Assembly: GCF_902652985.1 (NCBI RefSeq)
Contig: NC_047015.1
Coordinates: forward strand, 36,766,001-36,830,000
Direction of reading: 5' to 3'
DNA: 64,000 bases
Source: Pecten maximus
Lineage: Eukaryota
A program made the translations under genes and the position numbers. Of the stretch, positions 24,801 to 39,800 are shown one piece after another (position 1 is the first letter of the stretch; each line of letters begins with the position of its first letter). Under the pieces are notes generated by a model. The model saw only the letters and a list, made by a program, of their open reading frames with translations. It was not told where the DNA came from and searched no databases.

Positions 24801-27800
24801 TTCCCTATAATCTCACCTGTAATAATAATATCTGATTTTTGTTTTTGTCCACAGATGGGTTTCACTCCTCTGTACATGGCAGCACAAGAGGGTCACTCAG
24901 AAGTGGTCAAGTTTCTGCTGGCTAGTGGAGCAAACCAGAGTCTGGCCACAGCTGTAAGTTTGCCAATCTAACCAATGATTAATGGCTGGCTGTTTGACAG
25001 TGATGTCAAGCTGTCATACTCATTTGGTCCATTAAACCGTGATTTGACAGTGATGTCAAGCTGTCATACTCATTTGGTCCATTAAACCGTGATTTGACAG
25101 TGACGTCAAGCTGTCATACTCATTTGGTCCATTAAACCGTGATTTGACAGTGATGTCAAGCTGTCATACTCATTTGGCCCATTAAACCATAATTTGATAT
25201 CTCATTGTCATTTAAATCACATCTTCAAAAAGCCTTCATTACAGACAGTTCAAGAGTGATTGTATTGATTCAGAGAAAATGTATAGAGTGTTCTAGCTCT
25301 GATTCTTACTTTTTCATCCTCAATATTATGAAGAAATATTTATACACATTTTTCATAATCACATTTTGTTTCAAGTATGTTTGTGAAAATATGTAAACGT
25401 TCATGGAAAGATGTAATATTTTCCTCTTGTATCAGATCATATTCCAGCTTTTTAACAAACATTTTTTCAGGATGGATTCACTCCTTTGGCTGTAGCTCTT
25501 CAGCAGGGACATGAACGGGTTGTAAGCTGCCTTCTAGAGCATGACACAAAAGGGCGTGTCCGTCTGCCAGCATTGCACATCGCAGCAAAGAAGGATGACA
25601 TAAAATCGGCAGCCCTTCTCCTTCAGAATGAACAGAACAACGTAGACTCCCAAACTAAGGTAAAACTTCTATGTTCATGGTTACCCCACTGTTTTATATT
25701 TAGACATAGACACGGCTGTGGCTGACCATTCCCGCTGGCATATCTATATTCATTATGTGTTAACAAAGTTGTCTTTTAAGATGCATGTTTCGTATTTTCG
25801 ACAATCGTATTGTGTTCTTACCTTTGATCAATAAATCTGTTAGTGTGTGGTAAAATTGACAGAAACTCAGCAATCACTATTCTTCTCTTCTGTCGTTAAT
25901 TAAACATCTTTTCAAAATTAAAAAACTACATGTATAATTTCCAGGCATTATTCAAAGATAACATTTTATTTCGAAGTATTAAAATTTGTATATGAATTTT
26001 CTTGCTTTATTTTAAGCATCAAGCAAAAAATTGGAGTTTGTTTCAAAGATCATAAAAATATGTCAGTATTGAGATAGAAACAAATTTAATTGACTCCTCA
26101 ATTAACAATAATATTGTGATAGTATTATATTGTCTGAAGCATATTGAAACATTGTCCATATTCTTATAACCATGCTAAACAGAGCGGCAGTTTGGTTAAC
26201 GACACCACCAAGGTTTGTATCCATGGCAACTGTCTCAATTTGTCTTTGTTAGTCTGAAGTTTGAGTTCGCTGTGGAATTTCTCCGTCACAGGAAACTTTT
26301 TGCTGAATCTTTTTATCTTTCCTCACTTTTCCAAGTTATCGTGTGTTAATTTCAGTTTTTGTGGTTTCATACATTATACATTTATTTATTTTTCAAATTT
26401 GTTATGCTTTTAATTTTTCTTTGAATTTTATTTTAGAGATAACTTTATATGTTCAACTTTTAATTTTCTCTCATATCTCTATGATCTCTATGTATTGTAA
26501 ATTTCTAATGTAAAGTTATACTGTTTTTTGTCTCCAAAGCATTATTCAGATGTATTTATTTAATGTTTTTTATCTGCTTTATGTAGATTATGTAATTCAT
26601 AAGTTGCAACTGTCCATTTCCTATTTTGACTATTTTACCAAAAGATCCGAGTGTTATTTGTTATTTTTGTACCAGTGATTCAGATACCAGTATGTATAAT
26701 TGTAGGGATATAATTAAGATATCAGTGTTTTCAGTTAATTGTGTTTTCCATTGTAAGAGTTTCATGGAATGTTCACCTATCTACCTAGATATGAAAGCCT
26801 TCATGTATATCAGTCAGCCTTATTATCCCTGAAACTTACACAAATTCCTTGCATAGAACTGTACATTATCTTAATCAAATCTTATATAGAAAGGAAAATT
26901 CAACCTCTCAAAACATATGCAATTTTCTTTGAATTAAAAAAGAAGAAAAGATTTTACCTCAATTTTTCATTTTTAAGAAATACATTTTTTTAAGCCAACA
27001 GTTTTGTTTTTTGTTATGGTTTGAGCTTGAGATTTTGAGATTGAAATATTGATGGGTATTAATAAATGATGATTTTTACAAGTTTTGTGGTATGGGTGAA
27101 GTGTGATTATGTTGAGGGTCATTTCTAACGAGAAAGTATTGTATAATGTTTAGTTATAAATCTACCTGTTGGTTGATTTTCATGTCATTTTGTCTGTAAA
27201 TGTTCTCTCTGTTTATATTTTCTTTTCTACTGAATTTAAACTGATGTAGAATCTATTCTTCTGATTTTTTTAAAATTTCTTTATAGAATTTCATCTGCAG
27301 AAACTAAAGTTCTCTTCTGAATTAAAATTCATAACATAGGCTAGACTAACAATGCTGAAAACATTATTTTATTTTAAGAAATAAAAAAGAATGTGATGAG
27401 GGAAAGACAAGGTCTAGCATCACTGTGTATAGTGGTGTGAGGATAGGGTATTGAATATTTGGTGGAATCTCAAGCTTGGGAAAATGTGAAATGCTTATTG
27501 CAGCTGCTGCAGATAAGAGGGGATAATTGTCTTGGATATGTAGTAGCTGAGAAACTGGATGTTTCTGTAACAACAGTCACAGATAACAATAGGTATACAC
27601 CTGTATCTCATGTATGGCAGGATCTGTGAGGGACTTATACATGTTATACATATACAGGGCCTGTCAGGCGTTTACATGTTATACATGTACAGGGCCTGTC
27701 ATGGTCTTACATTTTATACATGTATAGGGCCTCTCTGGGAATTGTATCTTATACAATTTGTGGGGCCTGTTGGGGACTTCTATTTGATACATGTGTGGGG

Positions 27801-30800
27801 CCTGTCAGGGATTCAAATCTTATACATGCAGATGGCTAATAAAAGATTAAATCATAAACATGTAAAGGGCCTGTCAGGGACTTACTGGTTTATCTTACAC
27901 ATGGATGGGGCCTGTCAGGCCTCGCACTTACCGGTTTATCTTACACATGGATGGGGCCTGCCAGGGACTTACTGGTTTATCTTACACATGGATGGGGCCT
28001 GTCAGGGACTTACTGGTTTATCTTACACATGGCTGGGGCCTGCCAGGGACTTACTGGTTTATCTTACACATGGATGGGGCCTGCCAGGGACTTACTGGTT
28101 TATCTTACACATGGATGGGGCCTGTCAGGGACTTACTGGTTTATCTTACACATGGATGGGGCCTGACAGGGACTTACTGGTTTATCTTACACATGGATGG
28201 GGCCTGACAGGGACTTACTGGTTTATCTTACACATGGATGGGGCCTGTCAGGGACTTACTGGTTTATCTTACACATGGATGGGGCCTGCCAAGGACTTAC
28301 TGGTTTATCTTACACATGGATGGGGCCTGCCAGGGACTTACTGGTTTATCTTACACATGGATGGGGCCTGTCAGGGACTTACTGGTTTATCTTACACATG
28401 GATGGGGCCTGTCAGGGACTTACTGGTTTATCTTACACATGGATGGGGCCTGTCAGGGACTTACTGGTTTATCTTACACATGGATGGGGCCTGCCAGGGA
28501 CTTAACGGTTTATCTTACACATGGATGGGGCCTGTCAGGCCTCACACTTACCGGTTTATCTTACACATGGATGGGGCCTGTCAGGGACTTACTGGTTTAT
28601 CTTACACATGGATGGGGCCTGTCAGGGACTTGCTAGTTTATCTTACACATGAATGGGGCCTGTCAGGGACTTAACGGTTTATCTTACACATGTCTGTCAG
28701 AGATTAATATATGATGTCAAATCTGCTATAGTGACAACCTGTTAATTAAGACCAACTGTCTATAAAGACCACTTTGAACATGTGATTGATATAGTCATAA
28801 TATTTCAACCTGGCTTTAAAGATTATCTGCCTACAAAGACTTGGTCCATTGAGAGGTCTTTTTAGACAGATTTTACTGTACATGTGCAGGGCCTATCAAG
28901 GACTTATGTCTTACACATGTTTTGGCTTCTGTCAGAGATTCACATCTTAATATATGTATAGGGCCTGTCAGTGAATTATATCCTATACATGCACAGGCTC
29001 TATGAGAGACTCATATCTTATACATGTACTGGGCTTGTCAGGGACTTGAATCTTATACATGTACTAGACTTGTCAGGACTTAAATCTTATACATGTACAG
29101 GGCCTGTCAGAGATTCACATGCATAGGGCCTCTCAGAGATTCACATCTTGTACATGCACTGGGCCTGTCAGTGGTCTTACCAGTACAAGCACAGGGTGTA
29201 TGAGACTCAATTAAGGGGCTTCTCATGTGATATATGTAGGGTTGATCACATATAGCACAGCAGTAACAACGTGCTGTATTAACCTAGTAATGAATGGTCA
29301 TTCACAGGAACATACTGGACCTATAATTGGTAACAGTGTTTCAGAATTATTTACAGACATATATTTTAGGCATCACAAAATAAATGGTGATGCATTTTGT
29401 AATTTGTAATATCACATGAAAGATGTTTTCTGGATATTTACAGCTAAGAGGTCCTGGTGAACAGTGTTAATCACACTCTACATACCTTACACATTATAAT
29501 ATAGATAGTGTCACGCCTGCAAAATACACATAGATTTTTAACTTGAACAACAAATGGCCAGATTTTTATTATATTTTGGGACAGATACAGGTATAAGTAT
29601 TCTATCTGTGTGAACTGTAAGCAACAGCGGGATGTTGTAGCTACAGATTAGGCTGGTTATACGGCTGTAATAGGTCTCTGATAGTTGATGGTGTTGTAAT
29701 GTTTTACTAAGTGATTCCTATCTACTAAGACAAGTCAGCTTGTTTGAAAAGGATGTTGTAATATACTGTAAACGGTTGTTTACTGCAGACATTTAACAAT
29801 TTCTAGATTAGCACTATGTTTATCAACTCACATTAGTATCAGTTTTTAAAACTGCAATTTTTTTTCTTCAAAAAATACCTCTGATTTCAAAAGTGATAAC
29901 ATAACACCCTATGCTTTGGAAGCATTTTGTTTTAGACATGTAACATGTTGTTATATATAGTACCAGGAGTATGCAAACTTTAATAGCCCAAATTTTTACA
30001 TGGATTTTTCTTTAGGCTGTTGAAGTTTATAGCCAGTATTTGTATTAAAGCAGAGATAGGAAGTGGGTTTTTTTTGTTGTGGGAAGGGGGTTTATATATA
30101 GCATACATGTATTCTCTATTGTCAGGCTATTTATATATATATATATATATAAAACAAAATTTTAAATAATACATTGTATTAAACGAATGAAATGTATAGA
30201 TTAATAAATTAAGAAGTAACCATTTGATGAAAAGTCAAATTCCATGAAGTGACAAAACCCTTTAGAAATTGATTTTAAGGAAATGAAGAAGTTTGTATAT
30301 AAAGAACAGTGAAGAATCTAAATCCAAGTTACACCTGAGTGAATCCCTGTGTTGGTTTAAATGTGTGAAATATTTTTCTGTATTTGATTGATATTCAACA
30401 TTCTGGATCTCTTTTGATTCTTTTTCCATTTTATTTGATGGAATTTTCTTATAGATAATTGAATGGAAGATAAATTATTTTGAATTAATTGTAATTAAAT
30501 GGAATTCATTTCTTTTTGTTAACTGGTCCTTAATTTTTTGTGAAATTTTGAATAATGTAATAAGTATTATGGTGATGGCAAATCAACACTTTATGAAGAT
30601 GTGTCTCCTTTTAGACACATGATATTTGAATTAAAACTGGGAAGCTGCTTATTACAATATATCACATTTAAAACATATTCATAATTAAAAGGACTAATTG
30701 GAGAGGCATAATTTAAATTTGATTTTGGAAAATAAGATGGATGAAAAAATAAAGGGAAAAAAAAAATTTAAAGAATAAATGATTATGATTTATTTTCAGA

Positions 30801-33800
30801 GTGGATTCACTCCCTTGCACATTGCTGCTCACTATGGCAACATAAATGTGGGCTCACTTCTCATCTCCAAAGGAGCAGACGTCAACTACAAGGCCAAGGT
30901 CAGTGATTATCACAGTTTGACTTTGAAAAACAAACATGACAATAACTTTATTATACATGTTTTGTTTTACCTACACAATTATTATAGAGATTTGAGAATA
31001 CAAATACTAGATTTAAGTACACATGTAATGTCATAACAGTACACATGTAATGTCATAACAGTACACATGTAGTGTCATAACAGTACACATGTAGTGTCAT
31101 AACAGTACACATATAATGTCATAACAGTACACATGTAGTGTCATAACAGTAAGGTATTATACCCACCAGTACACATGTAATGTCATAACAGTGCACATGT
31201 AGTGTCATAACAGTAAGGTATAATACCCACCAGTACACATGTAATGTCATAACAGTGAGGTATTATACCCACCAGTACACATGTAATGTCATATAACAGT
31301 GAGGTATGATACCCACCAGTACACATGTAATGTCATAACAGTACACATGTAATGTCATAACAGTACACATGTAATGTCATAACAGTGAGGTATTATACCT
31401 ACCAGTACACATGTAATGTCATAACAGTGAGGTATAATACCTACCAGTACACATGTAATGTCATAACAGTACACATGTAATGTCATAACAGTGAGGTATT
31501 ATACCTACCAGTACACATGTAATGTCATAACAGTGAGGTATAATACCTACCAGTACACATGTAATGTCATAACAATACACATGTAATGTCATAACAGTGA
31601 GGTATAATACCCACCAGTACACATGTAATGTCATAACAGTAAGGTATTATACCCACCAGTACACATGTAATGTCATAACAGTAAGGTATAATACCCACCA
31701 GTACACATGTAATGTCATAACAGTACACATGTAATGTCATAACAGTAAGGTATAATACCCACCAGTACACCTGTAATGTCATAACAGTACACATGTAATG
31801 TCATAACAGTAAGGTATAATACCCACCAGTACACATGTAATGTCATAACAGTACACATGTAATGTCATAGCAGTACACATGTAATGTCATAACAGTAAGG
31901 TATAATACCCACCAGTACACATGTAATGTCATAACAGTACACATGTAATGTCATAACAGTAAGGTATTATACCCATCAGTACACCTGTAATGTCATAACA
32001 GTACAGATGTAATGTCATAACAGTAAGGTATAATACCCACCAGTACACATGTAATGTCATAACAGTACACATGTAATGTCATAACAGTACACATGTAATG
32101 TCATAACAGTGAGGTATTATACCCACCAGTACACATGTAATGTCATAACAGTACACATATAATGTAATAACAGTAAGGTGTTATACCCACCAGTACACAT
32201 GTAATGTCATAACAGTAAGGTGTTATACCCACCAGTACACATGTAATGTCATAACAGTAAGGTATAATACCCACCAATACACATGTAATGTCATAACAGT
32301 AAGTTATAATACCCACCAGTACACATGTAATGTCATAACAGTAAGGTATAATACCCACCAGTACACATGTAATGTCATAACAGTAAGTTATAATACCCAC
32401 CAGTACACATGTAATGTCATATAGCAGTGAGGTATGATACCCACCAGTACACATGTAATGTCATATAACAGTGAGGTATAATACCCACCAGTACACATGT
32501 AATGTCATAACAGTAAGGTATAATACCCACCAGTACACATGTAATGTCATAACAGTACACATGTAATGTCATATAACAGTGAGGTATAATACCCACCAGT
32601 ACACATGTAATGTCATAACAGTACACATGTAATGTCATAACAGTGAGGTATAATACCCACCAGTACACATGTAATGTCATAACAGTACACATGTAATGTC
32701 ATAACAGTGAGGTATAATACCCACCAGTACACATGTAATGTCATAACAGTAAGGTATTATACCCACCAGTACACATGTAATGTCATAACAGTAAGGTATT
32801 ATACCCACCAGTACACATGTAATGTCATAACAGTACACATGTAATGTCATAACAGTGAGGTATTATACCCACCAGTACACATGTAATGTCATAACAGTGA
32901 GGTATTATACCCACCAGTACACATGTAATGTCATAACAGTACACATGTAATGTCATAACAGTACACATGTAGTGTCATAACAGTGAGGTATTATACCCAC
33001 CAGTACACATGTAATGTCATAACAGTGAGGTATTATACCCACCAGTACACATGTAATGTCATAACAGTACACATGTAATGTCATAACAGTACACATGTAA
33101 TGTCATAACAGTGAGGTATTATACCCACCAGTACACATGTAATGTCATAACAGTGAGGTATAATACCCACCAGTACACATGTAATGTCATAACAGTACAC
33201 ATGTAATGTCATAACAGTACACATGTAATGTCATAACAGTGAGGTATAATACCCACCAGTACTCATGTAATGTCATAACAGTGAGGTATAATACCCACCA
33301 GTACACATGTAATGTCATATAGCATTGAGGTATGATACCCACCAGTACACATGTAATGTCATATAACAGTGAGGTATAATACCCACCAGTACACATGTAA
33401 TGTCATAACAGTGAGGTATAATACCCACCAGTACACATGTAATGTCATAACAGTACACATGTAATGTCATAACAGTAAGGTATAATACCCACCAGTACAC
33501 ATGTAATGTCAAAACAGTAAGTTATAATACCCACCAGTACACATGTAATGTCATATAACAGTGAGGTATAATACCCACCAGTACACATGTAATGTCATAA
33601 CAGTACACATGTTATGTCATAACAGTAAGGTATAATACCCACCAGTACACATGTAATGTCAAAACAGTAAGTTATAATACCCACCAGTACACATGTAATG
33701 TCATAACAGTGAGGTATAATACCCACCAGTACACATGTAATGTCATAACAGTAAGGTATAATACCCACCAGTACACATGTAATGTCATAACAGTAAGTTA

Positions 33801-36800
33801 TAGTAAGTTATGATACCCACCAGTACACATGTAATGTCATAACAGTAAGTTATAATACCCACCAGTACACATGTAATGTCATAGCAGTGAGATATTATAC
33901 CCACCAGTACACATGTAATGTCATAACAGTAAGGTATAATACCCACCAGTACACATGTAATGTCATAACAGTGAGGTGTTATACCCACCAATACACATGT
34001 AATGTCATAACAGTAAGGTATAATACCCACCAGTACACATGTAATGTCATAACAGTACACATGTAATGTCATAACAGTAAGGTATAATACCCACCAGTAC
34101 ACGTGTAATGTCATAACAGTGAGGTATTATACCCACCAGTACACATGTAATGTCATAACAGTAAGGTATTATACCCACCAGTACACATGTAATGTCATAA
34201 CAGTACACATGTAATGTCATAACAGTGAGGTATAATACCCACCAGTACACATGTAATGTCATAAGAGTGAGGTATAATACCCACCAGTACACATGTAATG
34301 TCATAACAGTGAGGTATTATACCCACCAGTACACATGTAATGTCATAACAGTACACATGTAATGTCATAACAGTGAGGTATTATACCCACCAGTACACAT
34401 GTAATGTCATAACAGTAAGGTATTATACCCACCAGTACACATGTAATGTCATAACAGTGAGGTATAATACCCACCAGTACACATGTAATGTCATAACAGT
34501 AAGTTATTATACCCACCAGTACACATGTAATGTCATAACAGTAAGGTATAATACCCACCAATACACATGTAATGTCATAACAGTAAGTTATAATACCCAC
34601 CAGTACACATGTAATGTCATAACAGTAAGGTATAATACCCACCAGTACACATGTAATGTCATAACAGTGAGGTATTATACCCACCAGTACACATGTAATG
34701 TCATAACAGTGAGGTATAATACCCACCAGTACACATGTAATGTCATAACAGTACACATGTAATGTCATAACAGTGAGGTATAATACCTACCAGTACACAT
34801 GTAATGTCATAACAGTACACATGTAATGTCATAACAGTGAGGTATAATACCCACCAGTACACATGTAATGTCATAACAGTAAGGTATAATACCCACCAGT
34901 ACATATGTAATGTCATAACAGTGAGGTATTATACCCACCAGTACACATGTAATGTCATAACAGTACACATGTAATGTCATAACAGTACACATGTAATGTC
35001 ATAACAGTAAGGTATAATACCCACCAGTACACATGTAATGTCATAACAGTGAGGTATTATACCCACCAGTACACATGTAATGTCATAACAGTGAGGTATT
35101 ATACCCACCAGTACACATGTAATGTCATAACAGTAAGTTATAATACCCACCAGTACACATGTAATGTCATAACAGTAAGGTGTTATACCCACCAGTACAC
35201 ATGTAATGTCATAACAGTAAGTTATAATACCCACCAGTACACATGTAATGTCATAACAGTAAGGTATAATACCCACCAGTACACATGTAATGTCATAACA
35301 GTAAGGTATTATACCCACCAGTACACATGTAATGTCATAACAGTACATATGTAATGTCATAACAGTAAGGTGTTATACCCACCAGTACACATGTAATGTC
35401 ATAACAGTAAGGTATAATACCCACCAGTACACATGTAATGTCATAACAGTAAGGTATTATACCCACCAGTACACATGTAATGTCATAACAGTACACATGT
35501 AATGTCATAACAGTAAGTTATAATACCCACCAGTACACATGTAATGTCATAACAGTAAGGTATTATACCCACCAGTACACATGTAATGTCATAACAGTAA
35601 GGTGTTATACCCACCAGTACACATGTAATGTCATAACAGTAAGGTATAATACCCACCAGTACACATGTAATGTCATAACAGTAAGGTATAATACCCACCA
35701 GTACACATGTAATGTCATAACAGTAAGTTATAATACCCACCAGTACACATGTAATGTCATAACAGTAAGGTATAATACCCACCAGTACATATGTAATGTC
35801 ATAACAGTAAGGTATTATACACACCAGTACACATGTAATGTCATAACAGTAAGTTATAATACCCACCAGTACACATGTAATGTCATAACAGTACACATGT
35901 AATGTCATAACAGTGAGGTATAATACCCACCAGTACACATGTAATGTCATAACAGTACACATGTAATGTCATAACAGTAAGGTATAATACCCACCAGTAC
36001 ACATGTAATGTCATGTAATGTGAACTGAATGTTTCAGAACAACATCACACCCCTCCATGTGTCATCACGATGGGGCAAGGACAAGATGGTTATCTTACTG
36101 CTGGACAACAAAGCTTCCATTGACGAACGGACAAGGGTGAGTTGTCTTACGATTGAATGTGTATTTCTCTTAACAGACCAATGTGTTTACATGCCAAAAC
36201 AGATATTTACTAAAGCAATTCTGAACCTTATACATGTGAATTATAATGTGTTTTAAAAGATGTTGATGCTACTTTGAGCCCCTGATATCAGAGCTCTATT
36301 TCCTTCCCCAGGATGGACTGACTCCACTCCACTGTGCGGCCAGAAGTGGGCATGAGAATGTGGTGGACCTTCTCCTAGAGAGGGGAGCGCCCTTCTCAAG
36401 TAAAACTAAGGTCAGTATATGCTATCTTATCTGATGCCTGATTTCTTTTCACAGTGGATCTTAATCAAAACATTTCTCGATCATCAAATAAACAATGATT
36501 GATGTGAGATGATGTTGACGAGCAAACTTATTAACTTAAGGACAAATAATCATGTACATCTAATGTTAATGGTAAATTGGTCAATATAGATGTTTGTTCT
36601 AAAAAAGAACTGAATTAAAATTTATTATTATGTAAATAAATACTGTTTTTTCCATAGAATGGCCTGACCCCTCTACACATGGCTGCCCAGGGTGACCATA
36701 TGGACTGTGCTCGCCTTCTTCTCTACCACAGGGCACCAGTCGATGATGTCACAGTAGTTAGTATATATGTATATATATACTCTTTTTGACTTTGTGGTCC

Positions 36801-39800
36801 ATACCTTGTGTGCTGGTAGCCGACTACTTTTTCAACAAAATCTGTCATGCTGAAAGGTTTTGGACATTATTGTCCTCCATTTTTTGTGCCCTGGATTCTG
36901 TCTGATGAACTTTGTATAATATATATTTTAATGCAATTTTGACATAATGATATTTTGTCTGGCATCCAAGATTTATAATTGGATGTAAAATGTGATAGAT
37001 AAAGTCTAATTGATTTTGTGATCAAAATCTTTCATTAAAATGAACACTATGTATGTGTATGATTAAACCTCGTCTGGAAATGTTGATTGTAGCTAATAAT
37101 ACAAAATATTTTCTGTGTCTCTTACACGACCTGATGTATACAGTAATCTGTACTTAACTTGTATATTAGTCCGGTATTGTGCTCTGTGTTATCAGGACTA
37201 TCTGACTCCACTACATGTGGCAGCTCACTGTGGAAATGTGAAGACAGCTAAACTTCTACTGGACAGGAAGTGCGATCCTAACACTAGGGCTTTGGTGAGT
37301 CAGCCATATTGAATTTTAATCTGTCATACCTTTTCCCCTTTGTGGATGGACAATAGATTAAAGTGTAATTTATTATTGAATAAACTTAGTAACCATTATT
37401 GTAAAAATTGGTTAAACTGGGATGAAAATGTTTATTGATTTCTCTGAAGATCATAATTCAGGGTATGAGATTTATTTTTGTTTAAAACCTTGTCAGTAAT
37501 TTAAAAAACTGTATGAATGTTTAATGCATTGTTACAGAATGGATTTACACCACTCCATATTGCCTGTAAGAAGAACAGGATTAAGGTTGTGGAGCTCCTT
37601 CTAAAGTTTGGTGCCAACATAGAGGCAACTACAGAGGTAAATATCTACTAAAATCTAAAGTGAGGATTTCCCTGGATTGTACAGATCCTAAGTGAGGGAT
37701 TCCCTGGATTGTACAGATCCTAAGTGAGGGATTCCCTGGATTGTACAGGTCCTAAGGAAGGGATTCCCTGGATTGTACAGGTCCTAAGTGAGGGATTCCC
37801 TGGATTGTACAGATCCTAAGTGAGGGATTCCCTGGATTGTACAGGTCCTGAGTGAGGGATTCCCTGGATTGTACAGATCCTTAGTTAGGAATTCCCTGGA
37901 TTATACAGGTTGTGATTGAGAGATTCCCTTAATTATACAAGTCCTGAGTGAGGGATTCCCTCGATTGTACAGGTCCTGAGTGAGAGATTCAACTCGATTG
38001 TACAGGTCCTGTGTGATGGATTCCCTAGATTGTACAGGTCCTATGTGAGGTATTCCCTCTAGTTTACAGGTCCTGTGTGAGTGATTCCCTCTAGTTTACA
38101 GGTCCTGTGTGAGGGATTCCCTATATTGTACAGGTCCTGAGTGAGGGATTCCCTAGATTGTACAGGTCCTGTGTGATGGATTCCCTAGATTGTACAGGTC
38201 CTATGTGAGGTATTCCCTCTAGTTTACAGGTCCTGTGTGAGGGATTCCCTAGATTGTACAGGTCCTATGTGAGGTATTCCCTCTAGTTTACAGGTCCTGT
38301 GTGAGGGATTCCCTAGATTGTACAGGTCCTGTGTGAGGGATTCCCTATATTGTACAGGTCCTGTGTGAGGGATTCCCTAGATTGTACAGGTCCTGTGTGA
38401 GGGATTCCCTAGATTGTACATGTCCTGAGTGAGGGATTCCCTAGATTGTACAGGTCCTAAGTGAGGGATTCCCTAGATTGTACAGGTCCTATGTGAGGTA
38501 TTCCCTAGATTCTACAGGTCCTGTGTGAGGGATTCCCTAGATTGTACATGTCCTAAGTGAGGGATTCCCTAGATTGTACAGGTCCTTAGTGAGGTATTCC
38601 CTAGATTGTACAGGTCCTGTGTGAGGGATTCCCTAGATTGTTCAGGTCCTAAGTGAGGGATTCCCTAGATTGTACAGGTCCTATGTGAGGTATTCCCTAG
38701 ATTCTACAGGTCCTGTGTGAGGGATTCCCTCTAGTTTACAGGTCCTGTGTGAGGGATTCCCTCTAGTCTACAGGTCCTGTGTGAGGGATTCCCTCTAGTT
38801 TACAGGTCCTGTGTGAGGGATTCCCTCTAGTTTACAGGTCCTGTGTGAGTGATTCCCTCTAGTTTACAGGTCCTATGTGAGGGATTCCCTCTAGTTTACA
38901 GGTCCTGTGTGAGGGATTCCCTCTAGTTTACAGGTCCTGTGTGAGGGATTCCCTCTAGTTTACAGGTCCTGTGTGAGGGATTCCCTCTAGTTTACAGGTC
39001 CTGTGTGAGGTATTCCATCAGCTGTGTGTTCACATTCATAGGAATTCTATGTGCTTTGTGTTTAAATCCATTAAGGATTTCCTTGACTAAATATTGAATA
39101 TTTCTTAAACTTATAAAACTTTGAATTCTGAAATGTCTTCAATGAAACTTTCATGTCGAATTCTTTAACATATTAGAGGAGCCATATTGTCATCTGTTAT
39201 CTGACCAGGGCTGTATAAATCCTGATAATTTGATTGGTCAGTAAATAATGTTGTTGTTCTTTTCCAGTCTGGCCTTACTCCTCTTCACGTGGCTTCATTT
39301 ATGGGTCACATGAACATTGTGATCTACCTGATCCAGAACAATGCCAACCCAGACTTCACCACTGTACGAGGGGAGACTGCACTTCATCTGGCCGCTCGCG
39401 CAAATCAGACAGATATCATACGGATCCTCCTGCGTAATGGCGCCAGCGTTGACGCACGTGCTAGGGTAGGTAGACAAAACTGCAGTATCATGTTTAATTC
39501 ACATTGTATCCACATGACTTCAGAAATGATCTCTGAAAAAATTGGCTTAAGTCTATCTTCAGATTTCTGCAGCAACAAACAAAATTGATTGTCTGGATAA
39601 TGTCAACGTTGCACCCTGACCTGTGTTGTGGTCATGTGACACCCTTGCCCTTGTTTAAGGTCATGTGATACCCTGTCATTGGTTGTGGTCATGTGCCCCC
39701 CTGTCCAAGTTCATGATCATATGACCTCTCCCGGCTGGTGGAGAATTTCTCCTGTTGTACTTGTGATTCCATTGGGCTGCCAGGCCTATCCAGAGGTTAT

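Noticed and set aside
27610-35962. Repetitive ORFs in the 41-bp and 22/42-bp arrays
   Set aside because: Frame-cycling translations of satellites
31016-36014. CRISPR-like repeat/spacer appearance
   Set aside because: The 'spacers' are near-identical 20-bp modules; no cas genes; eukaryotic intron
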